Assembly: GCF_004010195.1 (NCBI RefSeq)
Contig: NC_057759.1
Span: 1,471,212 to 1,529,154 of the forward strand
Direction: 5' to 3'
Origin: Chiloscyllium plagiosum
Taxonomy: Eukaryota
Length of the DNA: 57,943 nucleotides
The position numbers and the translations under genes were made by a program. Below are positions 14,001-26,000 of the stretch, piece by piece; position 1 is the first letter of the stretch, and every line of letters begins with the position of its first letter. The notes below the pieces were generated by a model that saw nothing but the letters and a program-made list of their open reading frames with translations, did not search any database and was not told the origin of the DNA.

Positions 14001-17000
14001 AGAGTTAGGGTTAGGTTTAGAGTTTGGACTCGGGCTAGAGTTAGGGTTACGATCAGTATTACCTGTATCGTTAGAGTCAATGTTAAGGTTATGATTGAGT
14101 TACGTTTAAGTTTAAGTTTAAGGTCAGAGTTTGCATTAAGGATGGGTTTGAATTTATGGTTAGGTTTAGTGTGAGGGTAAGGGTTAAGGTTGAGCTAGGT
14201 TTGGGTTTAGGGTTTCGCTGCGGGCTAGGGTTCAGTTTATGTATCGGGTTAGGTCAATCTGCCCAGTGGATACTGAATAAATTTAAGGAAGAAAGAAACA
14301 TTGTTTTAACGAGTCATAGTTTAAAGAGAGTGAAGCACGAAAGTGAAGTTGATCCAGATGGATTGCATTAAATAACAGAGCAAGATCCTGAGGTGCTGAA
14401 TGGGGTCTTCCTGTTCCCGGCACTTATGGTCTTACGTCTCTCCTCCTCTCTAAGGTGCTCTGACACAGTGTGGTGGGGTGTGGTGGGTCACATTTACCGA
14501 TTCAGCAGGCTAACTGTGTGAGTGCTCTCCCTCCCTACTGTCAGGAACACTGCCTACTCCAGTTCCCGACCCACCACTTCCTTCCCTCGGCTTCCCCCGT
14601 TCAGCTGTAAGGTGACATTGTGGCGGGGATAGCCGTGTCATGGTGTGAGGATGTGGAACAAGTCCCATTCCCATGGGATGTTACAGACCTGTGGCCCTCC
14701 GGTAGATGTAGCAACCCGACACAAGCAGGCCAGCCATCAGCAGAACTGGGAGGAGCGATGCCATGATTTCCTTGGAATAGCTTCGAGCTGGAACCCAACA
14801 ACAATATTTAGCTCACGTTCACAAATTCACCAGGAAATTTTATCACACTAGCCCTGCCTGAGGTACACAGTTAACAGCAGACTGACCAACCCTCACATAT
14901 ATGTAACTCGCTGCCACTATGGAGGTTTCGAGAGTCTCACTGTGTGGGACAATCCGGCCCATTGAGCTACCTAACCAATTCCACTTTCCCATGCAGCATC
15001 CCGCCCACACAGCTTTCAATGTTATGATATTTCAAGTGCTGATCCAAGTATTTTGCAAATGTTGGGAGTTACCCTGTCAAGCAGTACATTCGAACCCTTT
15101 GGGTGAAACAATCCTCAAATCCCCCTTTAAACCTCCCGTCCTTCACTTTAAAATGACTTCCCCAACCCAGCCCTTGTTACTGACACTTTAACTATGGGGA
15201 ACAGTTGCTTCCTATTCCCCAGACTCTTCCCCTCACAATCATACACGTCTCTATTGGGTTCCCCTCTCAGCATTTACTGTTCCATAGAAAATATCCCAAG
15301 ATTATCCAGCATCCCTCTCTTCCTCGCTAAAATCCTCTATCCCAGTAACATTCTGGTAAACCTCCTCGGCCCACTGCCCTCTCCATGAGGCGTAAAATTC
15401 CAGATTTTTATTGCATTCAAATTCCACTATCTGCTTTTGGCGGGATCCCAGGAATACCACGCATCATCACTTTGGATCAATAGCCTATTATAATACCACC
15501 CAGCTATCACTTCCCCAAAAGAGATAGTTAACAGTGTCCAATTGGCACAGATTGAATGAGCGAATGGCCTTTTTCTGTGCTCTATCTATGTTTGATCCGA
15601 GTGTCACTGTTACCTCGCAGTGTGAATTTGATGTAGTCGCTGGTCACATTAAAAATCGTGTTGTTGGTTCCTTTGTTGATTGCTGCACAATGATACCTTC
15701 CAACATGGTCTCTCTGGAATGAATGAATGACCAGCTCACCACCATCAGCAGTCACATGGTAGTGTGCACTGCCGTTTCGTAGCAGCACATTGTCACGGTA
15801 CCAAAGGAACTGGGGCTCTGTGCCTTCCCTCACCTGACACCAGAGAACAAGGTGATCGCCGGACTGTATCTCAGTTCCGTTAATGAAGGAAATCAGCACA
15901 GCATCTGTGACAGGAACTGAGGAGAAAACACACCATGATCAAAAAGCATGGCGTTTATCCATTGATTCAGATCGTCAGTGGGAACCAGTTTGACACAATG
16001 ATTTTAAAAGAGAGTTAGGGAATTAGTTATTTTCAAAAACTAATGTAATGGATGGATATTATTAAATTGGAGTGAATATCGAAGAAATTTACAAGGATGT
16101 TGCAAGGATTCAACACTCTGAGTGTTAGGGAGAGGCTGGAATGGCGAAGACCTTTTCCTTTCAAGTGTAGGAGACTGAGGGGAGATCTCAAAAAAGTGTT
16201 TAAGATTATGAGAGGCATAATTGGGGTGAATGCACTCAGTCTGTTTCCCAGCGTTTTGGAGTCGAGGAATGAGGGCATCACTTTAAGGTTCGATGGGAAA
16301 GAATAAAAGGGAATCCTGAAGGACAACTCTTTTACACACGGGGTGGTACGCATATGGAATGAGCTGCCAGTGCAAGTCGTTGAAGCGGGGACATCAAAAA
16401 CTTTCAAAAGTCGCTTGGTCAAGTGGGATAGATACTTGAACAAGGAGAAGGATATTGGACCACGTGCAGGGACTTTGGGTTGCGCTGCTTTTGTTTCAAA
16501 AACTGTGCTGCTGGAAAAGCATTGTTGACGTTTCGAGCATAAGCTCTTAATAACATTCCTGATGAAGAGCTTATGCCAGAAACGTCGACTTCCCTCCTGC
16601 ACTAATGCTGCACAACCAGCTGTGCTTTACCTGCACCATATCTTTTGACTCTGATCTCCAGCATCTGCAGCTCTCTCTCTCTCTCTCTTTCTCTCTCTCT
16701 GTTGCTTTAGTCTAAGGTGCGGTTTTCAAGGAGAAAGCACCAGCTTTGAGTTGGCCTCAGCAACATTATTCCCTGAGCTGATGGTTCAGTTACTCTTTGG
16801 GAGAGAATCCTTGTTAACTCACCTATCACTGTGATCTCTATGTCTTCACTGTGCTGTGGGCCGGTCACCTCATTTCTCACTGAACAATGGTAAAACCCTT
16901 CATCTCTTCTGCTGATAGGCCCAATGTTGTAAACAAGCTCAGTGCTGTTGGAAAGCTCACTGTACAGTTCCACACTTGAGCTGTTGTAGAATTGGTAATA

Positions 17001-20000
17001 AATCGGCAGAGAACCATTGGAGACTGAACAGATTAAGCATCCTGTGTCTCCTTTGATTAGATCCTTTCCGGGTTGAATTATCAGTTCTGGTTTTGACACT
17101 GGAATTCCTGTAATCATAGACAAATGATAGATCATTGTATTTGGCGGGGTTAATTGCAAAATCAATTATGAACATCATCACAGTCACACAAAAACGCATA
17201 TCCTTTTGTTTTTGTTCATTGGGTTGGATGTGGGTGTCACTGGGTAGTCCAGTATTTCTTATTCATCCCTAATTACACAGAGGGCAGTTGACGGTTGTCC
17301 AGCTGCAATCAACCTTTGGAATTGAATTCAGATTCTCCCATCTGTTAAGGTGGGTTTTGAGCCCAGAATATGAGTCGATTCTCTGAATTCTTAGGGTATA
17401 GAACAGTACACATAGGGACTAGTCCTTCAACCCACCGTGTCTGTGCATGACTGTGATGTCATGCTATATGAATTCCACGTGAATACATGTGGTCTGTATC
17501 CCTTTACTCCTTAAATAATCAAGTGTCTGTCTCTATGCCTAGTAAACATTGATTCGTATTCATTTGTACCAACTGCTCTGGCAGTGTGTGCCAGGCACCT
17601 CCAACTCTCTGTGTAGAATCATGGAGTCATAGAGATGTAGCGCAGCTTCAGTCCAACTCGTCCGTGCCAAACAGGTATCCTAAATTAATCTAGTCCCATT
17701 TGCCAGCACTTGACCCTTATGTCTCTAAACCCTTCCAATTCATACACCCAACAAATGCCTTTTAAATGTTGTAATCTTACCAGCTTCCACCACTTCCTCT
17801 GGCAGCTCATTCCATAGACGCACCATCCTTTATTTGAAACCGTTATTCCTTAGGTCCCTTTTAAATTATCCCCCTCTTACCCTAAACGTATGCCCTTTAG
17901 TTTTGGACACCCCACCCCCCACCCATAGGATAAGACTTTGCCTATTTACCCTGGCCATGCCCCTCTTGATTTTATAAACCACTATAAGGTCACCTTTCAG
18001 CCTCCAATGCTCCAGAGAAATCAAACCCAGCGTATTCAGCCTTTCCCGACAGTTCAAATCCTCCAACCCTGGCAACATTCTTGTTTTTTGTTTCCTAAAC
18101 CTTTTCAAATTTCACAATATCCTTCCTTTCGGAGGGAAACCAGATTTGCACACATTATTCCAGAAGTGGTCTAACCTACGTTCTTTACAGCTGCAACATG
18201 ACCTCCCAACTCCTATACAAAATGCTGCAACCAATAAAGGAAAGCATACTAATCACCTTCTTCACTATCTTATCCATGTGCAAATCCACTTTAAGGGAAC
18301 TGTAAATCTGCACTCCAAGGTCACTTTGTTCAGCAACAGTCCCCAGGACCTTACAATTAAGTGCATAAGTTCTGCGTTGTATTGCCTCTCTAAAATGCAG
18401 CACCTCACTTTTATCTAAATTACACTCCAGCAGCCATCCTCCCGCCCATTGCCCCATCTAATCAAGATCCTGTTGTACTCCTAGATAATGTTTACTAGCA
18501 TATCCCCTTCAAACGGTCCTCCTCTCACACTAAAGCGGTGCGCCCCATCCTAGTATTTGACTTTTCCAACCTGGGAGAGAGACACTGACTATCCACTCTG
18601 TCAACGCCTCTCATAATTTTGTGTACGTTAATCAGGCCTCCCTACAACCTCCAGAGCCTTCGTGAAAACAATCCAAGTTTGTCAAACCTCTCCTCATAGC
18701 TCACATACACCAATCCAGGCAATATCCAGATAAACCTGCTTTGCACCTCTCGAAAGCCTCCACATCTTTGCTATAGTGTGGGCAACAAATCTACATATGT
18801 CCTCCAACCATGGTAGAACTAAAATCTTATACAGCTGCAATATGACTTGCCAACTTATATACTCATTGCCCTGACTGATGATGGCAAGCATGCCATATGA
18901 CTTCTTTACCACCTTATCCACTTGTGATGTCACTTTCAGAGAACTATGGACTTGCACCCCAAGATCCCTCTGTATATCAATGCTCCAAAGGTTCCTGCCA
19001 TTTACTGCATATTTTCCTCTTGCATTTTACCTCCCAAAAATGCATCATCTCACATTAGTCTGGATTAAAATCCATCTATGATTTCTGTGACTAATTTTCA
19101 GGCTGATCTAAATTATTTGACAACCTTTCTCACTGTCCACAGCAACATCAAATTTCATGTCATCTGCAAACTTATTAATTAGACATGGTAAGCGTAGGAA
19201 ACATGTTATTGATAATCGAGAGACATCCAGGGATCACAGTCTAAAGGAGATGGAGCAGGACTGCGATGGAGATGAATGCCTTCACCAAGAGAGTGGGGCG
19301 ACTGTGAAATTGTCTGCCACAGAAAATGGTCGGAGCCAGAACATTGAATGTGGTTCAAGCAGGAGGTGGATAGAATGCTTAGGGCGTAAAGGAAGAGAGC
19401 AAGAGGACAGGGGTCTGAGATGGAAGATCAGCCACAATCCTAGTGAATGGGCACATCAAACAGGAAGGACCGAATGGCCTGTTGCAATTTACATGTTTCC
19501 ATGATTTTCTGGGTACTGAATCCCACAGGCTCTTCACTCTGTGTGAAGACATTTCTCCCCATTTCAGTCCTAAATGCCAATACCCTGTGCTGTTTGCCTC
19601 TAGCTCTGTAATATACGTCTGTGAGATGTGGGGAGTGATGACAAATTGTCTCTATTCTGAACCTTTAACAGTTAAGAAATGGACCATGATAAATGATACT
19701 TACGCATGATGGACAAATCGAGCTGATTACTGCATTTCCACACCTTCCCATCTGTGACTTCACAATGATAAATACCCGAGTCTGTCGGACGAGCTGACTC
19801 AGAGATGTAATCACTGTGGTGCGATGGAGACTGGAGAACGATCCCATTTCTGTAAAAACTGTATTGTAAGGAAACTTGGGAGGGATTCGCTTCAACCCAG
19901 CACACCAGTTTGACCCGTTGGCCATCAAAAAGCTGTTCCTCAGGACGCACGGTCAACACAGGGACGGTGTACACCTCTGGAAAGCAGAAGGACATGTTTA

Positions 20001-23000
20001 TGTTTCAGCCTGAAGAGTGTCTGGCCTTGGGTACCCTCAGTGATCAGAACGAGAGCAAGAAAATCCCAAGACGGCGTTAGTGCAGGAAATTTCTAACAAT
20101 CCTTCAAGGCCTATCAAGGCTGTTAGCATCGTGTCAGCTCGAGGTCAGATTTAGTGACGATCGTGATTGCATTTGGAATGAATAAATACAGCTGCAGCAA
20201 GAGCATTGTACCCGATTCTTGAATCCACATTCTAGGAGGGACAGGATGGCACTGGGAGATGGTGCAGAGGGAGATTTACGGAGATATTGCCTTGGAGCTG
20301 TAGAGCTTTAGTAATGAAGAGAGATTGGATAGAATGGGATTGTTCTCCTTCGAGCAGAGGAAATTGAGACAAGGGTGAAGGTCATGATGGAGATGTATAA
20401 AATGATGAGGTGTGTAGATAGGAGGAAACCTTAACCAGTTGGTGCAGGGAGGGGGACATCGATTGAAGGTCATGAGCAGAAGGTTTAGAAGGGATGAGAG
20501 GAAACAAATTTTCACTCAGATTATCTGGAACTCACTGCCTGTTAGGGTAGGAGAGGTAGAAACCCCCATTGCATTGAAGAGTGTTTAGAAGTGCACTCGT
20601 GAGGCCGAGGCTATGGTGCCACATGTTCGGAAAATAGTGATTATAGAATAGTGAGGTGGCTGTTTCTGACTCTATGGATCGAAGGACCTTTCATTTGAGC
20701 TGGGAGTAATGACAGATAGTTACGTTTAATGGAAATTTGAATGCTGCTGCTCCTCTTCCTCAGACTGTAAACTGTGTTGATCGCTTCACAGGTGTAATTC
20801 CCAGAAATGTTCACAGCCGCTGCATTGATGGTGTAAATGCTGCCAAGACCAGGCACGGCCTCCAGGGCGACACTGTCTCTGTAAAATGAGTAGTGAAGCA
20901 GGACAAAGGGTTGTGCCACCGGGACAGTGCACGTCAGCGTGACTGGTAGCCCCTCGAATACTTCCGACGCCGGTTCCACCCTCAGCACGGGCTGGGCGAA
21001 GCGTTCTGGAATGTAACACACAATTGGGACTCATTAATCTACTGTTATTATCACGGAGCTAAAGGCACAATGGCGATGCGGAATGAAGGGTGTGAGCATT
21101 TACTGACAAAGAACGGGGGCGAGGGAGAAATTTTGTCTTTCTCTTGCTTTCCAAAGTTAAAATTCTTTTTGATGGCATTACAGTCATAGAATCATACAGG
21201 ACAGAAACAGAGATTTTGGCCGAACTCGTCCATGCTAACCAGGTTTGCCAAACTGATTTAATTCTATTTGTCTGTATTTGGCCCATGTCCCTCTAAAGCT
21301 TTGCCATTCACAAATTTATCCAAACGCCTTTTAAATGCTGTCGTTGTATCTGACTCCTCCAGTACTTCCTCTGGCGGCTCAGTCCATACATGCACCACCC
21401 TCATGCCCCTCGGGTCCTTTTCAAATTTTTCCTTCATCTTAAAGTTATGCCTTCTTGTTTTGGACTCCCCTACCCCTTGCTTTAATCACCTTTTCTCTGC
21501 CCTCATGACTTTATTAACCTCATTGAGGTTACCTCTCCGTCTCCAATAACCCAGCCTATTCTGCCTCTCCCCATAACTCAAAACCCTTTCAGTTTCGATT
21601 ATCCTGGGATGGGTACAACGCAAATACCAACTGTCTGTCCTCTTCGTGACCTTGTCCCATTCTCTCTCTGTGTGAGCCCGCAATCATCTCATAGAATGTG
21701 CCAGTCCAAGTAGTGATGTTGTCAAATGTTATCAATCACTGCCAGGATTATCAAAAGGATGGGGACAGTATGGTTTACACTTCAATTGCACATGGCATAT
21801 CGGGTCAGCATTGGATGTACTGTGCATTGATTTGGTCTCCTTACTTAAGGAATGATATAAGTTCATCACGAGACATTCAGGTGGTTTGTAATAGACTGTA
21901 AGACTATAAGATATAGGAATAAAAGAAGATCGGTTGGCTCATTGAGACTACTGAAAATGTGTTGCTGGAAAAGCGCAACAGGTCAGGCAGCATCCAAGGA
22001 ACAGGAGAATCGACGTTTCGGGCATAAGCCCTTCTTCAGGAATGAGGAAAGTGTGTCCAGCAGGCTAAGATAAAAGGTAGGGAGGAGGGACTTGGGGGAG
22101 GGGCTTTGGAAATGCGATAGGTGGANNNNNNNNNNNNNNNNNNNNNNNNNNNNNNNNNNNNNNNNNNNNNNNNNNNNNNNNNNNNNNNNNNNNNNNNNNN
22201 NNNNNNNNNNNNNNNNNNNNNNNNNNNNNNNNNNNNNNNNNNNNNNNNNNNNNNNNNNNNNNNNNNNNNNNNNNNNNNNNNNNNNNNNNNNNNNNTCCCT
22301 TGGGGCCTTGGAGGGAAGTAAGGGGGGAGGTGTGGGTGCAAGTTTTGCATTTCTTGCGGTTGCAGGGGAAGGTGCCGGGAGTGGAGGTTGGGTTGACGGG
22401 GGTGTGTGGACCTGATGAGGGAGTCACAGAGGGAATGGTCTTTTCGGAACGCTGATAGGGGAGGGGAGGGAGATATATCCCTGGTGGTGGGGTCCGTTTT
22501 GAGGTGGCGGAAATGACGGCGGATGATACGTTGTACATGAGGTTGGTGGGGTGGTAGGTGAGGACCAGTGGGGCTCTGGCCTGGTGGCGGTTGGAGGGGC
22601 GGGGCTCAAGGGCAGAGGAGCGGGAAGTGGAAGAGATGCGGTGGAGGGCATCGTCAACTACGTCTGGCGGGAAATTGCGGTCCTTGAAGAAGGAGGCCAT
22701 CTGGGTTGTACGGTTTTGGAACTGGTCCTCCTGGGAGCAGATGCGGTGGAGACGAAGGAATTTGGAAAATGGGATGGCATTTTTACAGGGGGCAGGGTGG
22801 GAGGAGGTGTAGCCTAGGTAGCTGTGGGAGTTGGTTGAGACTGCTCCAACATTCAATGAATTCATGTCTGATGCGATCATCCTCCAATCCCCTTTCCTGC
22901 TTTTTATTCCACATAATCTCCCTTCTTAAAAATCTTCTTTCTCTCTCTCAGCCTTGAATGCACTCTACACCCCAGCCAGAACAGCCCTCTGCGGCAAAGA

Positions 23001-26000
23001 ATTTCACAGATTCACTCCCTTCAGAGAGAAGTTCCACCTCATCTCTCTCTTCAATGGGCGATCACCAACCCTGCCCCCTAATATTCTGAGAGAAGGCCCT
23101 TCTGTTCCCAGACTCTACCAAACAAGAGGAAAACATTTCTCTCTGCATTTCCCCTGTCAACTTCCTCGAAGAACCTTCAACAAATCGCTCATTCTTCTAG
23201 ACTCCACTGAGGACAGGCCCAACCCACTCCACCTTTCCACCATCAAACAGTACCTCCAGAAGAACAGCCTCCAATTCCCAATCTACAGTCTTTCAGATAC
23301 GGCGCCCCAAAATATTCACACTATTCCCCTACCGTCTTTCTAGTGTGTTGTAGAGTATTAGCAAACGTCCTCCTCCTCACCCCACCCCGGGTTCATGTTC
23401 CATGAGCTCCTCTGTTCTTCCTGCCACATCGCAAAAACGAACATTTCCCCACATTTTCTTGTATCTGCCAGGTTTGTGCCCAATTCCTTACAATCAATCT
23501 GTATCCCATTGCAGACCCTCTGTGTCATACTCGTCACTTGCCTTGTGAACTATTTCTATATCTTCCACAAACTTGGTGGAAGTCCAATCCATTGACCGGC
23601 TCAGACCCGGGGGGGGGGGGGGGGGTGGGGTGGGGGGTGGCTGGATTGCCGCTTGAAAAAAAAAGATGGAAAGGCTGTAGACCGTGAAGAACGTAACCTT
23701 AGAGAATAAAGTAATCTTAATCAATTGGGCAAACAGCCACATGGCGTGTAATGTGGTTAAATGACAGGATAAAATGTCTTTTTCATGGAACAAACGAGAG
23801 CAGGACTAATAGAGTGAATGGTAGAACCCTGGGTATTCTTGTTGAACAGACAGACTGAGTGTTGGCGGTGCATAGTTCCTTGAAGCTTGTGTTGCAAATA
23901 GACAGTGGGAAAGAAGCTTGCATGCATTGTTCAGGCCATTGAGTACATGACTTGGAACATCATTTTCCGAATGTACAGGATGTGTTTGACGTCAACTTTG
24001 GAGGACTGCGTGCAATTCTGGTCACCTTATTACTAGGAAGATGTTATTAAACTGGAAGGTTGACAGAAACAAAATGTGCAACAATGTTACTGAGACCCTA
24101 AAGTGAGGCTGGGACTGCTTTCGCTGGAGTGTTGGAGATTCAAAGTTTATAAAATCATGTAATGCATAGCTATGATGAATAGCCATGGTCTTTTCCACAG
24201 TATAGGTGAGTCTGAAACTTGGAGGGGTTAGGGTTTGATATGCGAGGGGAATGATTTAAAAGGGATGTGAAGAGCAACGTTTTCACACACAGGGTACCGT
24301 GTGGATGGAAAGAGCTGCCAGAGAAACAGGTAGGGATAGATACAACTACAATATTAAAAAAAATGGACAGGTCTATGACTGGAAAAGCTTTAGAGGGATT
24401 TGCACTCAATGAAATTGGGACTCATTCAGCTCAGGAAAGCTGGTTGGCATGGACAAATTGGGCAGAAAGGCCTGTTTCCATGTTGCATGATTCCGTGACT
24501 CTATTTAGCAATGATATACTAAGACCATAGACATGAGTCATGTCAACATATTAAAACTTCCGCCAGATTTCACCAGAGATACAGGGTTGTCTTCTGAGGA
24601 GAGATTGAACAGGTCATAGCTTAGAGTATGAGATGTTGTTTCGTGTCAAGCTCAGTCGGCTGGATGGCTGGTCTGAGTTGCAGATGGAGACTATGGTGCG
24701 GGTTCAATTCCAACACCAGTTGAGGTGACCACGAATGATTCTACATCTCCACCTCTCCCCTCTACTGAGGCGTGGTACCCCTCAGATTCGTCCACCACCC
24801 AGTCCCCTCTCTCACTGATTAAAGAGTGGGACCATGGTGACTTTACTCATCCGATGTTAAAGGGACGATTAACAAAGACGATGGGGACAGGATGTCCCCT
24901 CATATGGGACAATCTGGTACGAGACGTCGCTGCTTCAGTAGAAGGGTCTGGGGACAGATTCCAAACAGAGGTGAGGACGAATGGCTTCTCTCAAAGACAG
25001 GTGGGCAGGGTGGAAGGTAATGAGTGTAGAGCGAATGAGCTCGGGTTATTTTCTCTGGAATAGACAAAGTTGAAGGGGTACCTGGCAGAGTTGTGTAGGA
25101 TTATGGACAGGATGAATTGGAAACAGCTTTTCCCTTTAGTTGAAGGGTCAGTAACAAGGAACACATCAGTTCCATGTGAAAGGCAGGAGGCTTAGAGGGG
25201 GATTGAGGATTGTTTCATCTATGGGATGGTGGGGGTCTGGAATGCACTGCCTGGAAAGTTAGTTGAGGCAGGAAAACAGAAGCTTTAAAAGGTAAATGGG
25301 TGAGCAATTCAAGGGACATGGCTTTCAAGACAATGCGGAAAAGTGGGTTTGAACAAAGGTCCACCTTTATTATGGATAAGTCCGAATGTTTCCTGGTGTT
25401 TAAATTAACAATTGAGACCAGTATGCACATTGTCTACCACAGATTGCAAAATCAAGTACGTACCTTGTACCTGAACTTTAACATTTCGTGATTCAGACCA
25501 ATCGATTTTACAGCTGTACCATCCACTGTCATCGGTGCTGTTTACTTTAATGCTATATGATGATTCACGTCCAGGGAGCCACATTGAATGGATCTTCTTG
25601 CCATTTCTATAAAAGCCAAAGTCCTTCTTCCACCTATGATCGTATTTGTACCGACAATTCAGTTTTAGTGTTTCTCCCTCCAAAGGTGAAACTGGGACAA
25701 CATGGAAAGCCACATTTCTATCTAAATCAAAGGTAAAGTTGCATCATTACAGCTCACCATAGGCATTTGTTTCATTGGAAACTGCTAAAAAAAATCGTGA
25801 TCATTGATCATTTATTGCCCAAGCACATTTTCAAGTATCGGCCAGCCAATCCCCAATATTATATACAATCCAGTCCAGAGAACTACTATCAGTTTGTTTT
25901 CAACTTCCCTGGAGTGTTAACTACAATTTTGGACCCCTAACCTGAGGAGAGGTCACAAGACCATGATAAACAGAAGCAGGAGTATGCAATTTGGCTATCA

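Larger units (their letters stand above)
21953..22834 (-). mobile_element. 5'-truncated Penelope-like retroelement (RT C-terminus/linker and 3' end), spanning an assembly gap
   Basis: SHSYL.YTSSHP..CKNAIPFS.FLRL.RICS and PGTFPCNRKKCKTC motifs. Target-site duplication ttgagact(a/g)ct at 21942-21952 and 22835-22845, inside a CR1 3' remnant. Confidence 0.85.
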
